From assembly GCA_030390025.1 (NCBI GenBank), contig JASTWF010000350.1:124001-188000 (forward strand): 64,000 nt of DNA. Reading direction: 5' to 3'. The notes below the pieces were generated by a model. The model worked only from the letters and a program-made list of their open reading frames with translations. It ran no database searches and was not told the DNA's origin. The position numbers and the translations under genes are program-made. The DNA is from Squalus acanthias. Lineage: Eukaryota. Below, piece by piece: positions 38,153 through 50,346 of this stretch. How positions within the stretch are numbered: the first letter of the stretch is position 1; every line of letters begins with the position of its first letter.

Positions 38153-41100
38153 GTCACTTCCCTAGTCATGATCACCTCCCTAGTCATGGTCACCTCCCCA
38201 GTCATGGTCACCTCCCCAGTCTTGGTCACTTCCCTAGTCATGGTCACTTCCCTAGTCTTGGTCACCTCCCTAGTCATGGTCACTTCCCTAGTCTTGGTCA
38301 CCTCCCTAGTCATGGTCACTTCCCTAGTCTTGGTCACCTCCCTAGTCATGGTCACTTCCCTAGTCTTGGTCACCTCCCTAGTCATGGTCACCTCCCTAGT
38401 CATGGTCACCTCCCTAGTCATGGTCACTTCCCTAGTCTTGGTCACCTCCCTAGTCATGGTCACTTCCCTAGTCATGGTCACCTCCCCAGTCATGGTAACA
38501 GCCCTAGTCATGGTCACCTCCCTAGTCATGGTCACTTCCCTAGTCATGGTCACTTCCATAGTCTTGGTCACCTCCCTAGTCATGGTCACCTCCCTAGTCA
38601 TGGTCACCTCCCTAGTCATGGTCACTTCCCTAGTCTGGTCACCTCCCTAGTCATGGTCACTTCCCTAGTCATGGTCACTTCCCTAGTCATGGTCACCTCC
38701 CCAGTCATGGTAACAGCCCTAGTCATGGTCACCTCCCTAGTCATGGTCACTTCCCTAGTCATTGTCACCTCCATAGTCATTGTCACAGCCCTAGTCATTG
38801 TCACCTCCCAAAGTCATGGTAACATCCCTAGTCATGGTCACCTCCCTAATCATGGTGACATCCCTAATCATTGTCACCTCCATAGTCATTGTCACCTCCC
38901 TAGTCATTATCACAGCCCTAATCATGGTCACCTCCATCGTCATTATCACCTCCATAGTCATGATCACTTCCATAACCACAGCGAGGGAGCAGTGTTGGTA
39001 GTTGAGTCTGATTGCAGGTCCACATACCATGTGTGGCAAAGGTGCCCTGTTGCACCTTTGGTGAAGCCTACTCTTCTAATGCACATCTCTTCACTGCGAT
39101 TTTGTTCTCATCTGCATAGTTTTTGGTGGGGTGGATGGGGCTCGGAGGTGGGAGCGATAATACCTGGAAGGGTGCATTCTTCTATAAATGTCTCTCCATT
39201 CATCTATCCTCTCCTGCTCCTCCTTGATTATGGCATACTAAGCTATGCCCATAAAGAATGCATACATGCACCTGGGAAGCCCTCACCGTGGATGGGGATA
39301 GAATCATAGAAGCATAGAAATGCACAGCAATGAAGGAGGCCATTCAGCCCCTCGTGCTCATGCTGGCTCTTAGAAAGAGCAGTTGTGCTTAGTTTCACAT
39401 TCCCACTTTTTACCTGTAACCCTGTAAGTTTCTCATCCTCAAGTGCCTGTCCAACTACAATTATTCCATCACCTTTTCAAGTAGAGCGTTCCAGATCCCG
39501 ACAACTCTCTGAGTGAAAAAAATTCTCTTCATTCCCGCTCTAAATCTTTTTCCAATGATTTTGAATCTATGACCTCTGGTTATTGACCCACTCGCCAGAG
39601 GGAATAATTTTTCTCCATCTACTCTATCAAAACCTATCATCTTGAAAACCTCTATTAGGTCACCTCTTAACCGTCTCTGTTCCAAGGAAAACAGTCCTAA
39701 CTTTTACAACCTCTCCTCATAACTGAAGTCCCTCATCCCTGGTGACATCATGGTAAACCTCCTCTGAACCCTTTCTAAGGCCTTTACATCTTTCCTGAAG
39801 TGTGGGGCCCAGAATTGTCCATGATACTCCAGCTGAGGATTTATAAGGTTCTAGCATGATCTCTTTGCTTTTATATTCTATTCCTCTCTTTATAAATTCA
39901 AGTAACCCATTTGTTTTTTAACCATATATATCAACTTTGCCGAGTTTAGTATCATCTGCAAACTTTATAATGCTGCTTCCTTTAAGGATTTGTGTATACG
40001 GACACTAAGATCTCTCTGTTCATCTACACTTTTCAAAATCATGCCATTTATGTTATACTGTCTTTGCATATTAGTCCTCCCAAAGTGCATCACTTCACAC
40101 TTCTCCGCATTGAACTCCATCTGCCATGCTTCTGCCCATTTCACCATCCTGTCTGTGTCATCCTGAAGCCTATAACTATCCTCATCACTATCTACTACTT
40201 TTCCGAGTTTTGTATCATCTGCAAACTTTATAATGCGGTTCCCTACACCCGAGTCTACATCATTTATAAAAACTGACCCTTGGGGAACACCACTGCAAAC
40301 CACCTCCCAGTCTGAAAAACTTCAAACCTCCACCATACTTTGCTTCCTGCCACGGAGCCAATTCCGTATCCAAACCACCACTTTCCCCTTAATTCCATGG
40401 GCTTCCATCTTCTTAATAAGCCTTCCGAAAGTCCATATGGTCATAGAGTCATAGAGTCATAACGGCACAGAAGGAGGTCATTCGGCCCATTGAGTCTGTG
40501 CTGGCTCTCTGTGGAGCGATCCAGTCAGTCCCATTCCCCCGCTCTATCCCCGTATCCTGCAAGTTTATTTCCCTCAAGTGCCTATCCAGTCTCCCCTTGA
40601 AAACATTGAGTGTCTCCGCTTCCACCACTTCCGTTGGCAGCGAATTCCAGGTCCTCACCACTCGCTGCGTAAAAAAGTTTTTCCTCACATCCCCCCTGTA
40701 TCTCTTGCCCAAAACCTTAAATCTGTGTCCCCCTAGTCCTTGTACCATCAACTAGTGGGAACAGCCTTTCCCCGTCTAGCCTATCCAAACCTGTCTTAAT
40801 CTTGTACACTTCTATCAAATCACCCCTCAACCTCTTTTGCTCTAATGAAAACAAAATCAGCTTCTCCAACCTGTCCTTGTAGTTAAGATTCCCCATCCCC
40901 GGAACCATTCTGGTAAATCTCCTCTGCACCCTCTCAAGGGCCTTCACATCCTTCCTAAAGTGTGGTGACCAGAACTGGACGCAATACTCCAGTTGTGGCC
41001 TAACCAGCGCTTTATAAAGGTTCAGCATAACTTCTCTACTTTTGTACACAATACCTCTATTTATGAAGCCCAAGATCCCATATGCTTTGTTAACCACTCT

Positions 41101-43466
41101 CAATATGTCCTGCCACCTTCAGGGACCTATGCACATTAACTCCCAGGTCCCTCTGTCCCTGCACACTCTTTAAAACTGTGCCAAAACTAGCACAAAGGAA
41201 GATGGTTGTGGTGGTTGAAGGTCAATTATCAAAGCCCCAGGATATTGCTGCAGGAGTTCCCCAGGGCAGTGTCCTAGGCCCAACCATCTTCAGCTGCTTC
41301 ATCAATGACCTTTCCTCCAACATAGGTTCAGAAATGGGGATGTTCGCTGATGACTGCACAGTGTTCAGCGCCATTCACAATTCCTCAGATAATGAAGCAG
41401 TCCATGCCCGCATGCAAAAAGACCTGGACGACGTTCAGGCTTGGGCTGATAAGTGGCAGGTAACATTCGTGGCACATTGTGCCAGGCAATGACTATCTCC
41501 AACAAACGAGAGTCTAACCACCTCCCCTTGACATTCAAAGGCATTACCATCGCCGAATCCCCCACCATCAACATCCTGGGGGTCACCATTAACCAGAAAC
41601 TTAACTGGACCAGCCACATAAATACTGTGCCAACAAGAGCAGGTCAGAGGCTAGGTATTCTGTGGTGAGTGTCTCACCTCTTGACTCCCCAAAGCCTTTC
41701 CACCATCTACAAGGCACAAGTCAGGAGTGAGATGGAATACTCTCCACTTGCCTGGATGACTGCAGCTCCAACAACACTCAAGAAGCTTGACACCTTCCAG
41801 GACAAAGCAGCCCGTTTGATTGGCACCCCATCCACCACCTTAAACATTCACTCCCTCCACCACCGGCGTACCGTGGCTGCAGTGTGTACCATCTACAAGA
41901 TGCACTGCAGCAACTCGCCAAGGCTTCTTCAGCAGCACCTCCCAAACCCGCGACCTCTTCCACCTAGAAGGACAAGGGCAGCAGGCGCATGGGAACACCA
42001 CCACCTCCAAGTTCCCCTGCAAGTCGCACACCATCCTGACTTAGAAGTATATCGCCGATCCTTCATCGTCGCTGGGTCAAAATCCTGGAACTCCCTACCT
42101 AACAGCACTGTGGGAGTACCATCACCACACGGATTGCAGCGGTTCAAGAAGGCGGCTCACCACCACCTTCTCAAGGGCAATTAGGGATGGCAATAAATGC
42201 TGGCCTTGCCAGCGAAGCCCACATCCCATAATCAAATTTTTAAAAATCTGTACAACATCTTCTGCACTACCTTGATTCACGTTCTCTGATCACAATCTCC
42301 CATTGGTCTCATACTCCTACAAACCATGAGAACCAATTGCAATGCCAGAATGCGACAACAACAACAATGACTTGCATTTATATAGCACCTTTAACATAGT
42401 AAAATGTCCCAAGGCGCTTCACAGGAGTGTTATCAGAAAAATTTGACACCGAGCCAGATAAGGCGATATTAGGACAGGTGACCAAAAGTTTGGCCAAACA
42501 AGTAGGTTTTAAGAAGCGTCTTAAAGGAGGAGGGAGGTGGAGAGGTTTTGGGAGGGAATTCCAGAGCTTGGGGCCTTGGTATCTGAAGGCACGGCCACCA
42601 ATGGTGGGGCGATGGAAATTGGGGATGCTTAAGAGGCCAAAACAGAAAGAATCACTCCAAAAAGTAATTTACAGCTTCACAAATCACTCCCTGAATTATC
42701 TCAGGCTCAAAACAACTCCTCATTTTCTGACTGTCCCATCCATTCCCGAATGCAGGCCGTACCTTTCATATCTCGCGTTCGAACTTACCCTCAGTGCTTT
42801 GCAAGTATAAAAGCTGGAAATCCGGGGCTACTCTGGGCCCTCATTATCATATATTTAAATGAGTCACAGGAAGGCTCAGTGGGCTTCAGATGGCCCAAAG
42901 AGCAGGATCGCGTTTGGAAACTCGAGGGGATCTATTCTTGGGGGAGCAGGAACTTGGCAACAACAGCCTCTGCCCCAACTCTGGCCAGCCAAATCAATTG
43001 CTCAGATTACAGGCCGCAGAAACACGGAAAAGGGTGGGAAACTTTGGGCCATATCGGCCAAACTGTCCCATTCCTCACTTGGACCAAGCACAACCCTCTC
43101 CCCCCACTCCTCCGCCCTCAAATATCCCACACAATGAATATTCCTGAGTTCTGTGGGAATGTTTTGTGTTGATACCTCTTTAGAGAGTAGTCGAAGCCAT
43201 TCATTTCAGAAAAGTAACAACATTTTATTAATTAACCAGAACATGTTAAACTTACAGGACTGGCAGGAGCCAGTGCTGAGCTGCACGAGTCTGCAGCCCA
43301 ACCTACTCACACACACAGGAGAGACAGCGAAAGAGTCACATGCATGACGCATACGCCATGCAGGTACAGAAAACTAGCGCCCCGCATCACCTCTTTCCCC
43401 TCACAGAAAAAGATACAGGGGGCTATTTACCCCGGGTACTTTAGGCGCTAAAGAGTCTCCGAGGTG

Positions 43467-45117
43467 GTCAATTTTATCCGGAAATTCTCTCAGGACATCA
43501 CTGAAAGAGAGTCAGTGCTGTGCTACTGTACCTTATTGGACACCTAATAAGAGTCACCAGGAGAAAGGGAGTGCTTAATCATGGGGATCTTGCTAGGGAT
43601 CCCCCTTGGTCTGTAGGAGGAATTGGAGGAGGAGATAAGGCCAGGCAGAGCAGCACCAGCTGCTGTGGGAGAGAGGGAGAGGAGGGACAGGAGGGCGAGG
43701 GAGGGTCCACAGTTGTGGTGACTTGCTGCATGCTCCACAATCTGGCGATCATGAGAGACCAGCCTTTACCACCAGCAATTGTGCCAGAGGGTCAAGCTCA
43801 GGAGCCACAAGAGGAGGAGGAGGAAGAAGTTGAGGAGGAGGAGGAATACGAGGGGGACCTGGGGGAACACCAGAGGGTTCCAGATAGACGGCCCGCAACT
43901 GGGAGAGACGTTCGCCGCCATCTAATTGAAGAGCGCTTTTGAGAGACACCCGTCACCATCAGACTTCGGAGCACTGTTGCTACATGCCTTACATTCCACG
44001 ATTGAGGATCCATTAAGAAGTCCACCATCTGTACTCAATCCTTTCAACCCCTTCCCCATGAAGAACACAATAAAAAAGATCACCAATCCCAGCACTACCC
44101 AGTTACCATAATCAGTCTTTATCTGCAGCAAAAACAAACAATGGGAACATGACACAACTAACAAATATTAAACTATTCACCCTGGTGCTTACCCTTAGCA
44201 GCTATCCTACAAGTGCTCTTACCTACTCTGGTACTTCTACGAGTTGCAACCCGAGTGGCAGCAGCAGGCGAGGTGAACGGCTGCTGAGAATCTGAAGATG
44301 TCCTCCTGTGACGCCTTCGAGAGGTTGTGGGCCGTGAAGACCCCACCTCAGACTGCACCATCTCATCATGGGCTTCAGCAGTCTGGGCCACCTGGCTGAC
44401 AGGCAACTACAAGGGCAATGGTGGAGTGGCAGGGGAGAGAGTAGGAATGCTGCCATCTGGAGAGAGGCCAGTAGGTTCCTGCTCCATGATTCCCACGCCA
44501 CTATCTCGGGGTATCTGTTCAGCCTGCCCACTGATCTGCTGGAGGACAGATCTCTGGGCAGCTGAAGCACTCTGCAAGCCCCTTTCAACCGAGGAGCCCA
44601 GAGCCACCGTGGCAGCTGCCTGAGCTTCCATTGCAGCACTTTGCCATTCCGTGGAAGCTGCAATGACTGCATTGGAAGCTGCGACCTCAGTCATCAGATG
44701 CTGCATAATGTCGGGCTCCACAGGTCACTGGATGGAATTGGCCAGCCTCTCCACGCTGAAGAGAATGGGTTCCAGGCTCTGCGTCAAGCCATGGGCCAAG
44801 CTGGAGGCGGACTCCTCCATCCTCTAGCCACGACCCGTAAGCTTTCAGGCAGGCTGTCCATTGCATCAAGCATTTGGTTTGTCAGACCCATTAGCCTTCT
44901 TCTGAAGCTTGGCCCTGTGAGGTCCTCAACTGACTCCTCTACAGCAGAACTAGTATGTGACCTTGCACCCCGGCAAGGTGGCACCTGTGATGCCCCTTCC
45001 ACCCAGCGGGAGTGATCTCATGGAGTCGTGCTTCCCCTCCTCCGGTCAGGTCCTGCTGGTGCCTGTTATGTAAACACTGTTCTGGAGGAGAAAGAGTGGC
45101 AAGTGTGAATGAGTGTG

Positions 45118-45154
<37 letters not shown>

Positions 45155-45740
45155 GCGTGTGTATGCGTGTGATGCCTCACATGGTGGAAGAGCAGTGAGA
45201 TGTGTCTGAGGTGTGAGTCGTGCCTGTGAAGGATGCAGTAGTGTGGGTTGTGTGAATATCAGTGTATAGTTAGATGGTGGATGCAGTGTGTTGAGGTTGT
45301 GATGCGAGTGATGGTGGTGCAGTTATTGAGCAGTGTGTTTGTGCGATGGGCTGTAACCTTGACCATTTGTGTCAAAGTCGTTAAATTTCTTGCTGGATTG
45401 GAGCCATGTCCTGGGGGCACTGCTCCTGGGTGTGGCCTCCTCGGCGATCTCCTCCCACATCCGCCATATTATTTGTCTCCATGGCCTCCTTCCCCCCCTG
45501 CAGGTACAAGACATCCCTCCTCCACTGTACCTTCTCCACCAGGACCTCCAGCGCCACCTCTGAGAACCTGTGCGCCCTCGCTCTCGGTCCCTGAGCCATC
45601 CTGATACTTGCCGTTATGTGTCAGCCAGCGCACACCACACCTTCAGTGGAAGTGCATGGGTGGAGGCTACACATACCGCTCCACGAGAATTGCTCCTAAT
45701 CAGCGCTTGATACTAAACATGCAGGTCTCCGTTTTGGCAC
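43467..45740. mobile_element. Harbinger remnant including a degenerate Myb/SANT gene (-, start ~45599)
   Basis: MAQGPRARAHRFSEVALEVLV...WEEIAEE...KKFND; (TG)n in the intron at 45121-45170. Confidence 0.8.
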
Positions 45741-45745
45741 CTCCA

Positions 45746-45876
45746 AAAACAACAACAACTTGTATTTATATAGCGCCTTTAATTTAGTAAAATGTCCCAA
45801 ATTCTCATCCTCATCCTTGTTTTCAAATCCCTGCACGGCCTCGCCCCCCCCGCCCCTCCCTATCTCTGTAACCTCT
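45746..45876. mobile_element. L2-like fragments; the + piece continues at 48894-48965 after the CR1
   Basis: Reads like ILVFKSLHGLAP.YLCNL and resumes with CCCTGCAACCCTCCGAGATCTC. Confidence 0.55.
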
Positions 45877-45880
45877 GTAA

Positions 45881-48800
45881 TTTGCTACGGCTCTTCGGGG
45901 GGGTTTAAACTAATTTGTCAGGGGGATGGGAAAAAGGGCTGTAGTCCAGGAGCCAGTGGTGAGTGTAGGGAGGTACTGAGGAGGGTATCAAGGTCGCAGG
46001 AATGTACCGGCAGACAGGAAGATGGCTTGAAGTGTGTCTACTTCAATGCAAGGAGCATCCGGAATAAGGTAGGAGAACTTGGAGCGTGGATTGGTACTTG
46101 GGACTACGATGTGGTGGCCATTACGGAGACATGGTTAGAACAGGGACAGGAATGGTTGTTGGAAGTTCCGGGGTATAGATGTTTCAGTAAGAGTAGGGAA
46201 GTTGGTAAGAAAGGTGGAGGAGTAGCATTGTTAATCAAGGATAGTTTAACAGCGGCAGAAAGGCAGTTCGAGGGGGATCGGCCGTCTGAGGTAATATGGG
46301 CTGAAGTTAGAAATAGGAAAGGAGCGGTCACGTTGTTAGGAGTTTTCTACAGGCCCCCAAATAGTAATAGAGATGTGGAGGAAGAAATTGCAAAGCAGAT
46401 TATGAATAGGTGTGGAGGTCACAGAGTAGTTGTCATGGGTGACTTCAACTTTCCAAATATTGATTGGAACCTTTATAGGTCAAACAGTTCGGATGGGATA
46501 GTTTTTGCACAGTGTGTGCAGGAGGGTTTCCTGACACAATATGTGGATAGGCCGACAAGAGCTGGGGCCACGTTAGATTTGGTACTGGGTAATGAACCGG
46601 GCCAAGTGTTTGATTTGTATGTGGGAGAGCACTTTGGAGATAGTGACCACAATTCGGTAACTTTCACTATTGCAATGGAGAGGGATAGGGCCATACGGCA
46701 GGGCAGGGTTTATAATTGGGGGAGGGGTAATTATGATGCGATTAGGCAAGAATTAGGGAGTATAAGATGGGAACAGAAACTATCAGGGAAAGGCACAAAC
46801 GAAAAGTGGAGCTTTTTCATGGAGCAATTACTGCGTGTCCTTGATAGGTATGTCCCTGTCAGGCAGGGAGGAAATGGCCGAGTGAGAGAACCATGGTTCA
46901 CAAAAGAGGTTGAATGTCTAGTCAAGAGGAAAAAGGAAGCGTATGTAAGGATGAGAAAACAAGGTTCAGTTGGGTCGATTGAGGGGTACAAGGTAGCAAG
47001 GAATGAGCTAAAAAAAGAGCTTAGGAGAGCTAGGAGGGGGCATGAGAAGTCCTTGGCGGGTCGGATCAAGAAAAACCCCAAGGCCTTTTACTCTTATGTG
47101 AGAAATAAAAGAATGACCAGGGTGAGGGTAGGGCCGGTCAAGGACAGTAGTGGGAACTTGTGCATGGAGTCAGAAGAAATAGGAGAGGTGATGAATGAAT
47201 ACTTTTCGTCAGTGTTCACCGTGGAGAGGGGCCATGTTCTTGAGGATGAGAGTGTGATAAAGGTGGATAGGCTGGAGGTGGTAGATGTTCTGAGGGAAGA
47301 TGTTTTAGCAATTTTGAAGAACCTAAGGGTCGATAAGTCCCCTAGGCCAGATGGGATATATCCTAGGATTCTTTGGGAGGCAAGGGAGGAGATTGCAGAG
47401 CCTCTGGCTTTGATCTTTGGGTCCTCACTGTCCACGGGAATGGTGCCAGAGGACTGGAGAGTGGCGAATGTTGTTCCTCTCTTCAAGAAAGGAAATAGGA
47501 ATGACCCTGGTAATTATAGGCCGGTTAGTCTTACTTCGGTGGTTGGTAAGATAATGGAAAAGGTCCTGAGGGATAGGATTTATGACCATTTGGAAAGGGG
47601 CAACTTAATCAGGGATAGTCAACACGGATTCGTGAAGGGTAAGTCTTGCCTAACAAATTTGATTGAATTCTTTGAGGAGGTAACTAAGTGTGTAGATGAA
47701 GGTAGAGCAGTTGATGTCGTATACATGGATTTTAGTAAGGCGTTTGATAAGGTTCCCCATGGTCGGCTCATGAAGAAAGTAAGGAGTTGTGGGATAGAGG
47801 GAAATTTGGCCGATTGGATAAGTAACTGGCTATCTCATAGAAGGCAGAGGGTGGTGGTGGATGGAACATTTTCGGACTGGAGACCAGTTACCAGCGGTGT
47901 GCCACAGGGGTCGGTGCTGGGTCCTCTGCTGTTTGTGATTTTTATCAATGACTTGGAGGAGGGGACTGAAGGGTGGATCAGTAAATTTGCTGATGACACC
48001 AAGATTGGTGGAGCAGTGGATGAGGTGGAGGGCTGTTGTCGGCTGCAAAGAGACATTGATAGGATGCAGAGCTGGGCCGAAAAATGGCAGATGGAATTTA
48101 ACCCTGATAAGTGCGAGGTGATTCATTTTGGTAGGGCAAATTTGAATAAGGATTACAGGGTCAACGGCAGGGTTCTGAGGAACGTGGAGGAGCAGAGGGA
48201 TCTGGGGGTTCATATCCACAGATCTCTGAAGGTTGCCACTCAAGTGGATAGAGCAGTAAAGAAGGCCTATGGTGTGTTGGCGTTTATTAACAGAGGGTTT
48301 GAGTTTAAGAACCGTGAGGTTATGCTGCAACTGTACAGGACCTTGGTGAGACCACATTTGGAATATTGTGTGCAGTTCTGGTCACCTCACTATAGGAAGG
48401 ACGTGGAAGCATTGGAAAGAGTGCAAAGGAGATTTACCAGGATGCTGCCTGGTTTGGGGGGGAGGTCTTATGAGGAAAGATTGAGGGAGTTGGGGCTTTT
48501 CTCTTTAGAGCGGAGGAGGATGAGAGGCGACTTAATAGAGGTTTATAAGATGATGAGGGGGATAGATAGAGTGGATGTTCAGAGACTATTTCCTCGGGTA
48601 GAGGCAGCTGTTACAAGGGGGCATAACTATAAGGTGCATGGGGGGAGATATAGAAGGGATGTCCGAGGTAGATTCTTTACTCAGAGAGTGGTTGGGGTGT
48701 GGAATGGACTGCCTGCTGTGATAGTGGAGTCGGACACTTTAGGAACTTTCAAGCGGTTATTGGATAAGCACATGGAGCACACCAGAGTGATAGGGAGTGT

Positions 48801-48894
48801 GATAGCTTGATCTTGGTCTCGGACAATGCTCGGCACAACATCGAGGGCCGAAGGGCCTGTACTGTGCTGTACTGTTCTATGTTTCTATGTTTCT
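45881..48894 (+). mobile_element. Young CR1 LINE, truncated 10 codons before the ORF1 stop, with intact ORF2
   Basis: ORF1 end FATALRGGLN* resembles FASAVREGLN* at 10973; tail TTCTATGTTTCTATGTTTC. Confidence 0.95.
45904..48810 (+). CDS. CR1 ORF2p (APE endonuclease + reverse transcriptase), uninterrupted, no AUG before the endonuclease
   Basis: [42 protein letters not shown] in one frame; first Met lies about 160 codons in (IMNR). Confidence 0.9.
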   Translation, partial: FKLICQGDGKKGCSPGASGECREVLRRVSRSQECTGRQEDGLKCVYFNARSIRNKVGELGAWIGTWDYDVVAITETWLEQGQEWLLEVPGYRCFSKSREVGKKGGGVALLIKDSLTAAERQFEGDRPSEVIWAEVRNRKGAVTLLGVFYRPPNSNRDVEEEIAKQIMNRCGGHRVVVMGDFNFPNIDWNLYRSNSSDGIVFAQCVQEGFLTQYVDRPTRAGATLDLVLGNEPGQVFDLYVGEHFGDSDHNSVTFTIAMERDRAIRQGRVYNWGRGNYDAIRQELGSIRWEQKLSGKGTNEKWSFFMEQLLRVLDRYVPVRQGGNGRVREPWFTKEVECLVKRKKEAYVRMRKQGSVGSIEGYKVARNELKKELRRARRGHEKSLAGRIKKNPKAFYSYVRNKRMTRVRVGPVKDSSGNLCMESEEIGEVMNEYFSSVFTVERGHVLEDESVIKVDRLEVVDVLREDVLAILKNLRVDKSPRPDGIYPRILWEAREEIAEPLALIFGSSLSTGMVPEDWRVANVVPLFKKGNRNDPGNYRPVSLTSVVGKIMEKVLRDRIYDHLERGNLIRDSQHGFVKGKSCLTNLIEFFEEVTKCVDEGRAVDVVYMDFSKAFDKVPHGRLMKKVRSCGIEGNLADWISNWLSHRRQRVVVDGTFSDWRPVTSGVPQGSVLGPLLFVIFINDLEEGTEGWISKFADDTKIGGAVDEVEGCCRLQRDIDRMQSWAEKWQMEFNPDKCEVIHFGRANLNKDYRVNGRVLRNVEEQRDLGVHIHRSLKVATQVDRAVKKAYGVLAFINRGFEFKNREVMLQLYRTLVRPHLEYCVQFWSPHYRKDVEALERVQRRFTRMLPGLGGRSYEERLRELGLFSLERRRMRGDLIEVYKMMRGIDRVDVQRLFPRVEAAVTRGHNYKVHGGRYRRDVRGRFFTQRVVGVWNGLPAVIVESDTLGTFKRLLDKHMEHTRVIGSVIA

Positions 48895-50058
48895 CCTCTG
48901 CCCCTGCAACCCTCCGAGATCTCTGTGCTCTGCCAATTCTGGCCTCTTGTGCAGCCCCGATTTTGTAGGTAATAGGTATAAGCTAGTGGAATAGTGATTA
49001 CCCTGCACCTGTTCAATGTACCGCAGGTAGCATGACATCTTCGTGCTGCCTGCTCATTAGCATGATTTCTACGTGCAGCCAGCGCTAACCGCGCTGTTGA
49101 CCGACTGCAAGTGTCAGCACCGGGCCCAAAATCGATACTTATCATAGAATCATAGATTGGTACAACACAGAAGGAGGCCATTCGGCCCATCGAGTCTGCA
49201 CCTGCTCTTTCGAAGAGCAATCCAGTTAGTCCCACTCCCCCGCTCTTTCCCCAGATCCCTGCCATTTTTTTTCCTTCAAGTATTTATCCAGTTCCCTTTT
49301 GAAGGCTACTATTGAATTTGTGTCCACCCCCCTATCAGGCAGTGCTTTCCAAATCCTAACCACTCGTTGCATAAAAAAAGTTTTCCTCATGTCGCCTCTG
49401 GCTCTTTTGCCAACCACCTTCAATCTGTGCCCTCTGGTTATCGACCCTTCAGTCATTGGAAACAGTTTCTTTTTACTTAATCTATCTAAAGCCTTCATGA
49501 TTTTGAACACCTCCATCAAATCTCCTCTCAACCTTCTCTGCTCTAAGGAGAACAACCCCAGCTTCTCCAGTCTCTCCACGTAACTGTAATCCCTCATCCC
49601 GGGAACCATTCTAGAAAATCTCTTCTGTACCCTCTCCAAAGCCTTCATGTCCTAAAGTGTGGTGCCCAGAATTGGACACAATAATCCAGCTGGGGCCAAA
49701 CTAGTGTTTTATATAGGTTTAGCACAACTTCCTGACTTTTGTACTCTCTGCCTCTATTTATAAAGCCCAGGATCCCATCTGCTTTATGAACTGCTTTGTT
49801 AACCTGTCCTGCCACCTTCAAAGATGTGTGCACCAGCACCCCCAGGTCTCTCTGTTCTTGCACCCCCTCCAAAATTGTACCATTTAGCATGTATTGTCTC
49901 TCCTCATTCTTCCTACCAAAATGTATCACCTCACACTTCTCTGCATTGAATTTCATCTGCCATGTGTCGGCCCATTCCACCAGCCTGTCCATGTCCTCTT
50001 GAAGTCTATTACTATCTTCCTCACTGTTTACTACACTTCCAAGTTTCGTGTCATTTGT

Positions 50059-50195
50059 GCAAATTGGCTGCCGCGTTTCCCACATTACAACAGTGACTCC
50101 ACTTCAAAAAAAGTACTTCATTGGCTGTGAAGCGCTTTGAGACGTCCGGTGGTCGTGAAAGGCGCTATATAAATGCAAGTCTTTCTTTCTTTCTT
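50059..50195 (+). mobile_element. Deu-type SINE 3' fragment
   Basis: Matches 55697-55830; (CTTT)n tail; TCATTTG direct repeats on both sides. Confidence 0.75.
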
Positions 50196-50346
50196 TCATT
50201 TGCAAATTTCAAAATTGTGCCCTGTACCCCCAAGCCCAAGTCATTAATGTATATCAAAAACAGCAGTGGTCCTAGTACTGAACCCTAGGGAACACCACTG
50301 TATACCTCCCTCCAGTCCGAAAAGTAGACATTCACCACAACTCTCT

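Larger units (their letters stand above)
32581..44549. repeat. Tandem segmental duplication, offset 6395-6397 bp (32581-38152 repeated at 38976-44549; copy 2 preceded by an 18-bp array at 38152-38975)
   Basis: Near-identical sequence and paired ORFs, e.g. 33066/39461, 35272/41669, 37123/43520. Confidence 0.95.

Noticed and set aside
45760..45903. N-terminal extension of the 1016-aa ORF
   Set aside because: Derived from flanking L2-like fragments and the ORF1 tail, open by chance; its start is not an ATG.
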